NCBI GenBank assembly: GCA_951406725.2
Contig: OX597838.1
Location: 27,342,001 to 27,406,000, forward strand
Source of the DNA: Octopus vulgaris
Taxonomy: Eukaryota
Reading direction: 5' to 3'
DNA: 64,000 bases
In this document: positions 38,478-50,743 of the stretch, piece by piece
Layout: every line of letters starts with the position of its first letter
How positions within the stretch are numbered: position 1 is the stretch's first letter
Notes under the pieces: model-generated
The model's database searches: none
The model's input: only the letters and a program-made list of their open reading frames with translations
Told to the model about the DNA's origin: nothing
Position numbers and translations under genes: made by a program

Positions 38478-40437
38478 TAATCCTTTCTGTTATAGGCACA
38501 AGGCCCTGAAATTTTAAAGGATGGCACTGGTTCAATCATATTGATCCCCAGTGCTTGACTGATACTTATTTTATTGACCCCAAAAGGATGGAAAGCGAAG
38601 TCGACTTTGGTGAAATTTGAACTCGGAACATAAAGACAGACAACATGCCTCTCTTGTCCAGTGTGCTACCTGTTCTGCCAGCTGGTTAGTTAACAACAAC
38701 AATAACAACAATAATAATAATAATAATAGTTTCAAATTTTGGCTCCAGGCCAGTAATTTTGGTGGGCACGGGTTGGGGATTGGTCAGTTACATTGACTCT
38801 AGTGCTTTACTGGTACTTAATATATTGACTCGCAAAAGGATGAAAAGCAAAGTCAGCCTCGGTGCAATTGGAACTCAGAATGCGAAGAGAGGAAATACTA
38901 CTTAGCATTTTGTCTGTCATACTAATGATTCCGCCAGCTGGCCAGTTAGTAATAATAATAATAATAGTAATAATGATGATGATCATTTTTACTATAGGTA
39001 CAAGGCCTGAAATTTTGGGAGAGGGCGCTAGTCAATTACATTGACCACCAGTGCTCAACTGGTACTTATTTCATCAACCCCGAAAGGATGAAAGGCAAAG
39101 TCGACCTCAGCAGGATTTGAACTCAGAACGTGAAGATAAATGAAACGCCGCTAAGCATTTTGTCCAGCGTGCTAACGATTCTGCCAGCTTGCCACCTTAA
39201 TAATAATAGTTTCAAATTTTGCCACAAGAGCAGACATTTTGTGAGGAGGGGATGTGTCGATTACATCAACCCCAGTCGTCAACTGGTACTTAATGTATCG
39301 ACCCCCAAAAGGATGAAAGGCAAAGTCGACCTCGGCGGAATTTGAAGTCAGAATGTAGAATGATAATAATTGCAGTTCACTTGACTAAAAAACAAATCCT
39401 TAAGATGTATAGAACGAGGTTTCAGATAGAACACCTTAAATTTTCTGCACATTATTGCAATTTATGTTGGTAGTTTACATATTGTTTGATTGTGCTATTG
39501 ATGCGCCGGTTGTTTCCATACTGTTCAATCAATAAGTATTTATTTTTAAGCTGTATTCACGTTCTTCCAGCTTCCCACTCTCTCCCTTGCCACTCCCCCA
39601 CATACGAAGAAAATTACTCGCTGCTTAAAAGACCTCCTGTAATTTTTTCTAACAAATATTCATGCCTTCATTGCTGAATCTATACCATCAGCTGATTAAT
39701 TCTACACGATCATCATCATTATTTAAGGCAGTGAGTTGGCTGAATGGTTACTGTGCCGGGCAAAATGCTTAACAGCATTTTGTCTGTCTTTACATTCTGA
39801 GTTCAAATTCTGCCAACGTTGACTTTGCCTTTCATCCTTTTGGGGGTCGATGAAATAAGTACCTGTTGAGCGCCGGGGTTGATTTAATTGACTAGACCCC
39901 TTCCTCTCCCCTAAATTTCAGGCCTTGTGCCTATAGTAGAAAAGATTATTATTATGATTCGTGGACATTAAATGATGATTATTATTATTATTTAATGCGG
40001 CGAACTGGCTGAATCATTACCACACCAGTCAAAATGCTTAACGGCATTTCGTCTGTCCCTACAGCCTGAGTTCAATTTTCACCGAAGTTGACTTCGCCTT
40101 TCTTCCTTTCAGGGTCAATAAATTAAGAACTGGTTGAGCACTGGGACTGATGTAATCAATTTTCCCCCTCCCCACCCAAATTTATACATATATATATATA
40201 TATATTTCTTTACTACTACCACAAGGGGCTAAAACACAGAGGGGACAAACAAGGACAGACAAAGGGATTAAGTCGATTACATCGACCCCAGTGCGTAACT
40301 GGTACTTAATTTATCGACCCCGAAAGGATGAAAGGCAAAGTCGACCTCGGCGGAATTTGAACTCGGAACGTAACGACAGACCAAATACGGCTACGCAGGT
40401 CGCCCGGCGTGCTAACGTTTCTGCCAGCTCGCCGCCT
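38478..40437. mobile_element. Cluster of 7 family-B SINEs
   Basis: Four head-to-tail minus copies 38478-39360 separated by (AAT)n, two plus copies 39725-40180, one young minus copy 40204-40437. Confidence 0.85.
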
Positions 40438-41015
40438 TTTATATATATAGGTTATACTAAATGTCTGAAAAAGATATAAGCAGTAGCAATACGGAATTGT
40501 AACATATAATTGCCAACAGGGCTATAAACGTCAGTAATACTGTCCTGTATAGGACACCAAACTTGGTTGGCAATTATATATATATATATAAATTATATAT
40601 ATATTTTATAAATATATATATATAAATTATAAATATTATTACAATACAATAGTATTATTTTCCAGCTAAATAAAGCACCATAAAGGTAGAATTATTTCTC
40701 TGACATTCTTCTTAGAGGTAAGACGAAAATTTTTTGTTCGCCTCCAGCACACATCTTTGCCTCTATACATTAAGTGAAGGTCTACCCATCATCGAACAGT
40801 TATTGACTGCTATTTCCATTTAAAATTGGTACCTTGTTGTGCCACTATTTCATAATGGTAATTCCAAAGAACATCAGCAGCAGAAACAGCTGTTAGATGG
40901 GATGCAGTCTTTTTGTAATTCATTAACAAATGATAATTGATGCAAATCAATTGTTGTTCATCAAGGTTATTTCCATTTTCTGTTTTCTTCAAATTATATA
41001 TATATATATATATAT

Positions 41016-41132
41016 AGGAGTGGCTGTGTGGTAAGTAGCTAGCTTACCAACCACATGGTTCCAGGTTCAATCCCTAGGTTGACCAAAGCATTGTGAGTGG
41101 ATTTGGTAGACGGAAACCAAAAGAAGCCTTTC

Positions 41133-41172
<40 letters not shown>

Positions 41173-41443
41173 GTTAGTGTGTGTCTGTGTTTGTCCTTCC
41201 ACCATCGCTTGAGAACCAATGCTGGTGTGTTTATGTCCCCGTAACTTTGCAGTTCAGCTAAAGAGACTGATAGAATAAATAATAAGTGTAGGCATGGGTG
41301 TGTGGTTAAGCTTGCTTCCGAACCACATGGTTTTGGGTTCAGTCCCACTGTGTGATACCTTGGGTAAGTGTCGTTTACTATAGCCTTGGGCCAACCAAAG
41401 CCTTTTGAGTGGATTTGGTAGACAGAAACCGTTAGAAGCCAGT

Positions 41444-41445
<2 letters not shown>
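41016..41445 (+). mobile_element. Two family-A SINE copies
   Basis: Heads at ~41016 and ~41289. Confidence 0.75.
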
Positions 41446-41519
<74 letters not shown>

Positions 41520-41521
<2 letters not shown>

Positions 41522-41705
41522 TAATCCAAACATGAAAGCACAAAAAAAAAAACACAACACGAGGACGTGGAACAAATAAAGTATTATTGGATGCTCAGGA
41601 AAGAAGGAAGGTTTAACGTTTCGAACAGAGCTCTTCGTCAGAAACATAGGAGAAGGAAAGATCCAGAGAAGGGAAGACAGAGGAAAAAAATTCGCCAACG
41701 GCACA
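41520..41705 (-). mobile_element. Hammerhead-bearing element, subfamily P1, best-preserved core
   Basis: Minus 41645-41611: gttt-CTGACGA-a-gagc-tct-gttc-GAAACGTT-aaac; sits in the internal microsatellite of a head-A/tail-F SINE (F tail 41720-41950). Confidence 0.8.
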
Positions 41706-42920
41706 CACGCGCTCGATGTCACATGAATGTTGTAAATGAGCATCACCCTTATATAAGCAATGTCATTCATTTCTAGTCACCTGCGAGAAATAAGAGAAAT
41801 ACATTGCCATGGGAAAGTTTTACCTTGCTTGGAAACAGTTGAGGATTGGTGACGGGAAGGGCATCCAGCCATAGAAAATATGCCTCGACAAATTCCATCT
41901 GACTCGTGGAAGCGAAGAAAAGTACACATTAAATGAAGAAGATAATTGATGATACATGTGTGTGTGTGTATCTATCTATTTATCTGTCTACCTATCTATC
42001 TATCACTCTATCTTCTAATGTATTCATAGGTGCATTTTCTATGAATATTTACTGAGTTTGTTGCTCTTTTTAATGAATTGACTTGGAAGCCTACATCAGA
42101 GTACAATTTCTGATTTCTGAATGCCTACCACTTTTTTTAATTTTCTTTTTTTTTTTTTTTTTTTTTTTTCTTCCAATATAGAGACTCACCTAGTTTTTCC
42201 CCTCCAATTTCTGATGTTTAATCTACGGGACTTGCCACAATTTACCTTTGTCTATTGTTGTTGTTATTTCAGTAATGTTTTGGTTCAGAATAATAATATT
42301 ATTCTCTCTCTCCCTTTATCATCTATCTCCCTCTCTTTTCCCCTCTCTCCGGATATCGATTGGTACTTATTCTTACTGCAGGCGAGTAATGAAAGAATGT
42401 GTGTTAATGTACCTTTGTGTGCATGTGTATATATAAGCCCATGAGTGTGTAATATATCTTCGAGTGTTCATATATGTAATACGTGTGTGTGTGTGTGTAT
42501 GTACATTATGTATGTGTATGTTCACAAGGTTTTGAATTTTATAAGTTGGTTTGATCTTTGTTCTATTAAAATGTAACCTACTGAAAAAATAATAATATAA
42601 TGTTTGCATTAACACAGCGAAAATTTACAGCCATTCACTAAACACTACCACTGCTGCTACTGCTCCTGCTGCTGCTACAATGGTAGTATACCTAGTACTA
42701 AATCAGTCATGAATCTACAGGAAAATAACAAATACTACACACTCACACACACACACACACACACCACACACACGCACACACACACTATAATCGAACTAGG
42801 AACTTTATAAATATATATCAGTAAAAACAAGAACACACACATAGGCACACTCATACACAGACACACACACACACACACACACACTTATAAACATATATTA
42901 GTAAAAACAGGAACGCACAC

Positions 42921-42968
<48 letters not shown>

Positions 42969-43818
42969 CCTGCATTTTAATAGATATATTAATAGAAAGA
43001 AGAAAAGGTATACATACGAACATTTCAATACAAGAACAACATAAGATATATATATGTATAGATATACACCTACTTCAAAGGAGCAAGAACACAGACATAC
43101 AATAGATTTCTGTATAAGTCAACAGAATAGCTGTGCAGGCTTTCAACCCGCTAATAACAGCGCCTAAATTTCCCTCAAATTACACTACTATCTTAAAAAC
43201 GAACACATTGTGTAATGTGGTTCTGGATATATCTGAAACCCAAAAGACTGAATGGTCATGACTGGAATGCTTTTGATCACAGGCTTGCTTGCCTGGGGCT
43301 AAACAACAAAGGCAATAATAGATCAAAGTCTTTATTTTATTTTTTCTTTGTTATTTTCGTAATAGTTTGGTTTGGTGGAAGAGGCTGTCTCTATATCCAT
43401 TGTAGGCCCTCAAAGATCTGTGGGAACTAGCTTGTGATCTTCTTGGACAAAACATGGTCCAGAGAGAATTCTAGGGGAGGGACCTACTGAGGAGGTAGGG
43501 CAGGTTAAGGTGAGTTTGTGTGTGTGTGTGTGTGTAGGGGGGGGGCTGGTAGTAGATGATGCAGTATGGGTTACGAGAGATGACAGGGGTTAGGGGTGTT
43601 AAGACCAGCCAGGTTAAAGGAACAAAGGTCACTAGTAATGATTGAAAGGGAGTGCAATGACTCAAGCACACCTGTGTGGATGAATGATTTTGATAACCAG
43701 TCAGTTGGGTGGGCTCTTTTGGAGGGGATGCAGTTTAAAGCTCCTGTGTATGTAGTAGCAGCAGTATCCAAGATGTGGGAGTTGTAATGCCAGTGACATC
43801 TGAGGAATTATATTTAAA

Positions 43819-44055
43819 CCCTTTCGTTACCATATTCCTGTTGAAATCCGTTGCCCTTGTTTCAATTAGTTTTGAAAATAATGCAGAATTAATTGAAACG
43901 AGTTTGTCATTGTTAAGCTGGGCTTGGATCAAATTCCCATGAAATTTTGGTGGTAGATTTTAATTTGGATCAGTTTTAAACAGGAAATTCATTCGATATA
44001 TTATCATAGATTGAAGGGCAGTCTCAGGGGGGGGGGGGGGTTGATATAAAAAGGG
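43819..44055. mobile_element. TTAA-MITE family 2
   Basis: ccctttcgttaccatatt...gatataaaaaggg; reverse orientation relative to 29203-29425. Confidence 0.7.
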
Positions 44056-44302
44056 TTAGACTTACCTGTACTTTCATTTCTTACATAAGTGACTGAATCC
44101 AGCATAAATAGCCGGTACTTGGTGTAGGTACAACAATAATGCTATTGAATGTATTTTGATATTTACAAAATTCTATATCTTCATGTGCGCACACCCCACT
44201 CCCATCTCAGTCAAACCATCTAACCCATGATGATGATGATGATGATATATAAGCTGAAGCACTTAAAATGATATGCACACACATATGTTGGTATATATAT
44301 GC

Positions 44303-44350
<48 letters not shown>

Positions 44351-44884
44351 ACATACATTTATACATGCACACATACACATACATGGCATAATAGTTAATT
44401 TAATGATAACATTTAATGCAGGGACCCTAGGGACCCTTGAAAACCTAACTACCCGAACACCTCACGCAGTTAACTCCACCAGTTGGTTTATTGCTGCCTT
44501 TTAGCAGGGTTCATTCTGTAGCAGGTATTCCGACCAGAACCCTTGTTTCCTACCTTGTCCCCCTTATTTCCCCGCGCAGATGCCGTGTGGTTGGACATCA
44601 GCCACATCACTTAGCGGCCCACTTGTCTGGGGAGTAGCGGCAGGAGAAAAAGCCATTATTGCTTTTGTTATTCCTCTTCTTGGCAAACCTATACAGACTT
44701 ACCACTTAACAATGTCTAATGAAAGATTTCACAAAGTATTAACTATTGATAATTGTTATTTTATTGTTTGGTTGGGCTTTTGGTTACTTTTTTTCTTTTA
44801 TTGTTTCTAGCTTTAATAACTTAATGTATATATGTTGCACATGTGTGAGCATGCACATTCACTCACATTTGTACTTCCTTCCCC

Positions 44885-44894
<10 letters not shown>

Positions 44895-44918
<24 letters not shown>

Positions 44919-45560
44919 AGTCTCTCTCTTTCTATCTTTCTCTGTCCCCCTCTCTCTGACAGTCTCTCTCTTTCTATCTTTCTCTGTCCCCCTCTCTCTG
45001 ACAGTCTCTCTCTTTCTATCTTTCTCTGTCCCCCTCTCTCTGACAGTCTCTCTCTTTCTATCTTTCTCTGTCCCCCTCTCTCTGACAGTCTCTCTCTTTC
45101 TATCTTTCTCTGTCCCCCTCTCTCTGACAGTCTCTTCCTTCCTATCTTTCTCTGCCCCCCTCTCTCTGACGGTCTCTCTCTGACAGTCTCTCTCTTTCTA
45201 TCTTTCTCTGTCCCCCTCTCTCTGACAGTCTCTTCCTTCCTATCTTTCTCTGCCCCCCTCTCTCTGACGGTCTCTCTCTGACAGTCTCTCTCTTTCTATC
45301 TTTCTCTGTCCCCCTCTCTCTGACAGTCTCTTCCTTCCTATCTTTCTCTGCCCCCTCTCTCTGACGGTCTCTCTCTGACAGTCTCTCTCTTTCTATCTTT
45401 CTCTGTCCCCCTCTCTCTGACAGTCTCTCTCTTTCTATCTTTCTCTGTCCCCCTCTCTCTGACAGTCTCTTCCTTCCTATCTTTCTCTGCCCCCCTCTCT
45501 CTGACGGTCTCTCTCTGACAGTCTCTCTCTTTCTATCTTTCTCTGCCCCCCCTCCCTCTG
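44895..45560. repeat. 39-bp minisatellite with higher-order variants
   Basis: Unit ctgacagtctctctctttctatctttctctgtcccc(ct)n; later units alternate with a 'tcttccttcc...tgccccc' variant and a short 'ctgacggtctctct' insert. Confidence 0.95.
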
Positions 45561-46059
45561 AGTCTCTCTCTTTTCCTGCCACTCTCCTGGTCTCCGACTC
45601 TCTCTCTCTCTCTCTCCCCATTCTCATAATTAATTGTTTGACTGTAAAAAACATAATTCTGTCAATGGCTACAGTACATATTTGATCATTAAATGTCTGT
45701 TGATTTTTTTAGAAAAAAACTGTGTCATAGAAGTAAAGTGCATTCAGTTTTTCTATGGAGCATTATTACATGTGGCCATAGGTTTTGGATTGTAAAAAAA
45801 AAACAAAAACGAAACAAAAAAGACAATGGATTTGGATTATTTAAAAAAAAACAACTGATTGTCTGCTTCTTGCATCGTAGCTCAACAATTGAAAAATCTG
45901 TGGCTTTGAAGGAAACAAAGATAATACACTGATGTGTCCTTCTTTTGTAATTTCATTCATGTGTGAGATGTGTTATAATTGCCATCATCACAGTCACCAT
46001 CATTGTCTGTTTTCCATGCTGGCGTGGGTTGGATGGTTTGAAAGGAACTGATAAGCGTC

Positions 46060-46660
46060 AGGCTCACAATCATGAGGTAGTGAGTTCGATTCCCAGGCCA
46101 GGCTGTGAATTGTGTTCTTGAGCAAGACACTTTATTTTCACGTTGTTCTGGTTCATTCTTTGCGAGCCCATGAAGGGGGATCTTAGTGAGTTCAATTCCT
46201 GGACTGGGCTGTGTGTTGTGTTCTTGAGCAAGACACTTTATTTTCATATTGCTTTGGTTCACTTGTTGCGATCCCATGGTCATTCATGACCAAAGGGGGA
46301 TCTTAGTGAGTTCAATTCCTAGACGTGCTGTGAGTTGTGTTCTTGAGCAAGACACTTTATTTTCACGTTGCTCCAGTTCACTCGTTGCGATCCCATGGTC
46401 ATGCATGACCGAAGGGGGATCTTAGCGACTTCATTTCCTAGACAGGGCTGTGAGTTGTGTTTTTGAGCAAGACACTTTATTTTCACGTTGCTCCAGTTCA
46501 CTCGTTGCGATCCCATGGTCATGCATGACCGAAGGGGGATCTTAGCGACTTCATTTCCTAGACTGGGCTGTGAGTTGTGTTCTTGAGCAAGACGCTTTAT
46601 TTTCACGTTGCTCCAGTTCACTCAGCTGTGGAAATGAGTAGCGATGTCACTGGTGCCAAG
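46060..46660 (+). repeat. Tandem array (~120-bp unit, 5 copies) derived from SINE D+X
   Basis: Each unit is B-box region, then ...gctccagttcactc, then gttgcga, then tcccatggtc...gaagggggatct (SINE 3' end). Confidence 0.9.
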
Positions 46661-46789
46661 TAAAGGGTTGTAACTAAATACTGCAAAGAATTTCACTTGA
46701 TACTAACGATTCTATTCAGCTCCTCATTGTGCCACACTGTTGAAGATCATTCCAAAGAAATAATTAAAAACATAGCAAACAGGATCTCT

Positions 46790-48168
46790 ACTCTTTACTT
46801 TTTTACTTGTTTCAGTCATTTTGACTGCAGCCATACTGGGACACCACCTTTAGTCGAGCAAATCGACCCAGGACTTATTCTTTGTAAGCTTAATACTTAT
46901 TCTATTGGTCTCTTTGACCGAACCATTAAGTTATGGGAACGTAAACACACCAGCATCGGTTGTCAAGCGATGTTGGCGGGGGTGTGCAAACACAGACACA
47001 CAAACATACACACATATATACATATATACGTCAGGCTTCTTTCAGTTTCCGTCTACCAAATCCATTCACATGGCTTTGGTTGGCCTGAGGCTATAGTAGA
47101 AGATGCTTGCCCAAGGTGCCATGCAATGGGACTGAACCCAGAATCATGTGGTTGGTAAGCAAGCTACTTACCACACAGCCACTCCATTGCTTTCGTTGTT
47201 ATTGTTGTAGCTGGGTCAACCATGATTAAGCAAACTTATGATCAAAGCTTTCCAGTCATGGCCATCACATCTTATAATGTATCTAGGACTGCATCAACTG
47301 ATATATCCTTCCTATTTTAAAAATCAGGTGTGATTTGTGAGCAGTTAGTTTGCAATTTCAAGCAGGTGGAACGACCCTTGCAGAGGTCCCCTATCTTCCA
47401 GCTTCTTTGCTTTAGCTCAAACTGTTGGTGTGAACAGATTCATGTCAGTGGCATTTCCAGGAGTAACCTCAAATACCACCGAGAAGAGTAGCAAATGTTC
47501 GACTGATCGCATTATCAAGGAATTATAGGCTGACAGCATAACAAATTAAGATTATTTCCATTTAATTAATGAAACTAATTATGGCTGTTGCCTTAAATTT
47601 CAAGAGCAGATGTTTATGGCATTCAGCATTGGTTTTAATATCATTCATCCATCAAATGAGCTGGAGTAGTAAAAACAGCTCTCAAATATAATGCTGTTGT
47701 TCACTGACCTAATGGTGTATAGATGTTGTTACTTGTACTCCGCTGATGAAAATTTTCTTTGTCTTAATAACTTACTCTTTACTCTTGCTCTTTTACTTGT
47801 TTCAGTCATTTGACTGCAGCCATGCTGGAGCACCGCCTTTAATCGAGCAACTTGACCCCGGGACTTATTCTTTTGTAAGCCCAGTACTTATTCTATCGGT
47901 CTCTTTTGCCGAACCGCTAAGTAACGGGGACATAAACACACCAGCATTGGTTGTCAAGCAATGATAGGGGGACAAACACAGACACACACACACACGCATA
48001 TATATATACATATATACGAGGGGCTTCTTTCAGTTTCCGTCTACCAAATCCACTCACAAGGCTTTGGTCGGCCCGAGGCTATAGTAGAAGACACTTGCCC
48101 AAGGTGCCACGCAGTAGGACTGAACCCAGAACCATGTGGTTGGTAAACAAGCTATATACCACACAGCT
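46790..48168 (-). mobile_element. Two full-length family-A SINEs (46790-47186, 47770-48168)
   Basis: Reverse complements of family A. Confidence 0.85.
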
Positions 48169-48382
48169 GTTGAATTATCTCCACTATTTTGGGGCCAGAT
48201 TGTTGCTGTTGGTTTCTTGCCCCAGGTCAGCTCTGAAATATACAGATATACTCAGAATATTGCTGAGGGTCATCTCTTATGTTTCTTCATAATTATCTAT
48301 AATCTTTCCCAAAACGATGTTGCAAATCATTTGTCTTGCAGATCAGTGGTTTTTTTTTTTTAAATGTGGGTTTTATATATTA

Positions 48383-48748
48383 CTAGCAGTATCGCCCGGC
48401 GTTGCTCGGGTTTGTAAGGGAAATAACTATATAAGCATTTTTAGAGACTTATAGTAAAAAAATAGCAAAAAACTGCATTTTTAAATCGTTGACTCATCGT
48501 AGACATTTTTAGAGAGTTACTTCCCTTATATAATAGCGAAAAAATGCATTAAAATGGAACAAAATGATGGTAAATGTTTTTTTAAATCGTAGACTCATCG
48601 TAGATGTGCACTAATACCCAGAAGGGCTCGATATGAATCACAACTATAAGATACCCGGTTTTGGTTAAACTGCACCGCAAAATGTGGCAGTAGTTAGGAA
48701 TCTAAATCGTAGGAGACAGACACACAACTTGACTTTTATATATAAAGA
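48383..48748 (-). mobile_element. Non-autonomous Helitron
   Basis: Minus strand A|TCTTTATATATAAAAG...CCCGAGCAACGCCGGG (subterminal hairpin) CGATACTGCTAG|T: 5' TC, 3' CTAG, inserted in an AT dinucleotide. Confidence 0.9.
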
Positions 48749-49007
48749 TTTTAGGATTTCACTGCAGAAAATAAAGTTGGAAGCAATATCAGAAAGCATT
48801 TTGTCCAACATGCTAAATCAAAGACATTTCAACCACATCCTATTTTTCCTTTCTTTTGCTATATTTGCCTTTCATTCCCTCTGAAGTTGGTCACACAAAG
48901 TACCAGTTATGTACTGGGGTGAATGATACCAACTAAACCCCTTTCACCAGATTTCTACCTTTGTTCCTAAGTCAAATAATTATCATTTTCTCTCTTGTTA
49001 TTACCAC

Positions 49008-49325
49008 ATGTGAAGACATGTGGTTAGGGTGTTCTGATAGTGATCGTAACATCGTGGGTTCAATTCCTGGTCGTGTATTGTATTCTTGAGCAAGACACTC
49101 TACTTCACATTCCTCCAGTTCACTCAGCTGGCAAATATGTGTAGTACCTGTATTTCAAAGGACCAGCCTTGTCACATTCCGTGTCACACCGGATCTCTCT
49201 CAAAGCCATGTTATGGGTATGTGTGTCTGTGGAGTGCTCAGCCACCTGCTCGTTAATTCCACAAGCAGGCTGTTCCATCAATTAGATCGACTAGAATCCT
49301 CATCACCATGAGTGATGGAATACCA
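49008..49325 (+). mobile_element. SINE head D + tail Y
   Basis: ttcttgagcaagacact...cagttcactcagctggc then gtacctgtatttcaaagg...tgtggagtgctcagccac. Confidence 0.75.
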
Positions 49326-49784
49326 CCCTATTACCACATGCAAAAATCTTTGGCTTCTCATATGACTTCAGCATAAGTCGATATATAATATATATATAAT
49401 GAAATTTCGCTTCCAGTTGCTTTCTCTGTTTTGCAATTGTGTGTGTGTAGACTCTGGGTTTGTTCCTTGTAACCAAATGACTGATGCTTCAAACAAACGT
49501 TGACATTTGCTGCGGCTTGGAAAATGTTTCAGTGTTAAAAAGAAAGAGATAAATGCAATGCTGATAATGATAACAAATGTTTATGTTATTGCGTATGTAG
49601 TTTAGCATTTCCGGTGTGATATGTATGGCTACGCTGCACTGATACCATGGTAATTTGTTTTTTATATAAGTGTGTCTACATATATATATGCGCATATATA
49701 TATATATTTATTTACAGATAAATTCCTCTATTTACATAATATCAAGGTCTCTTTCAATCTTTTGTTGTCTTACCATTTCTATCA

Positions 49785-49815
<31 letters not shown>

Positions 49816-50084
49816 TGTATATTTATGTATGGGTAATGGGTATACATACACCTAAGCGTTTAAACGTAAATGTGTGTTTGTATATACACACATATACAAC
49901 TCAATCATATTTTTATCATGTATGTGTATGAAGATATATATATATATATACTTATTTATACATACATACAGCTATATTATACCCATGCTTGTGTGTGTGT
50001 GTTTATACACACAGACATATTTGTGTCCTCTGCATATATGTACTTGTATATATGTGTATATATACCTATACTTGTATATTTTTT

Positions 50085-50124
<40 letters not shown>

Positions 50125-50698
50125 CATGCACACACACACATGCATATAAGCATACACATACACACACGCATATAAGCATACACGCACACGCACATATATG
50201 TGTGTGTGTATAGTCACCCAACCACCTAGCTTCTGAACAATACACTAGTTGTTACTATTTATGACTACCGTCTTTCCATCCCTCCCAGTTTCTAAGTAGT
50301 GAGTTAAGCTATAGGTTAACTACAAGAATTCTTACAATAAAGAAACACATTCTTTCTGAAGGTGCGACTAACAAGCATTTTTCTCGCTGAACCGTAAAAT
50401 TGCAAAGCTAGAATGTCAGATTATTGCAAGGAATCGAATATAAGAATGTCAAATTACCAAAGGGGAATCTCTTGAACATAATTTTACCAAAAGTTGGGAA
50501 TTTCTAGTTTTTTGTTGTCTTATTTTATGGTCATTTGTTTAGTTGTTTTTTTTTTTAATCTTTTGTTAACCTTTGTGGGGAGTGTGTGTGTGTGTGTGTG
50601 TGTATTTTCGCTTGTTTGTTTTTTGGTTTTGTTTTCTTTTACCCTTTCTTTACTCTTCATAATATCATTACTTGGATCATCTTTTTTGTTAGAAATTG

Positions 50699-50739
<41 letters not shown>

Positions 50740-50743
<4 letters not shown>

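Noticed and set aside
44895-46660. CRISPR-like arrays
   Set aside because: Pure tandem repeats without unique spacers, eukaryotic context and no cas genes.
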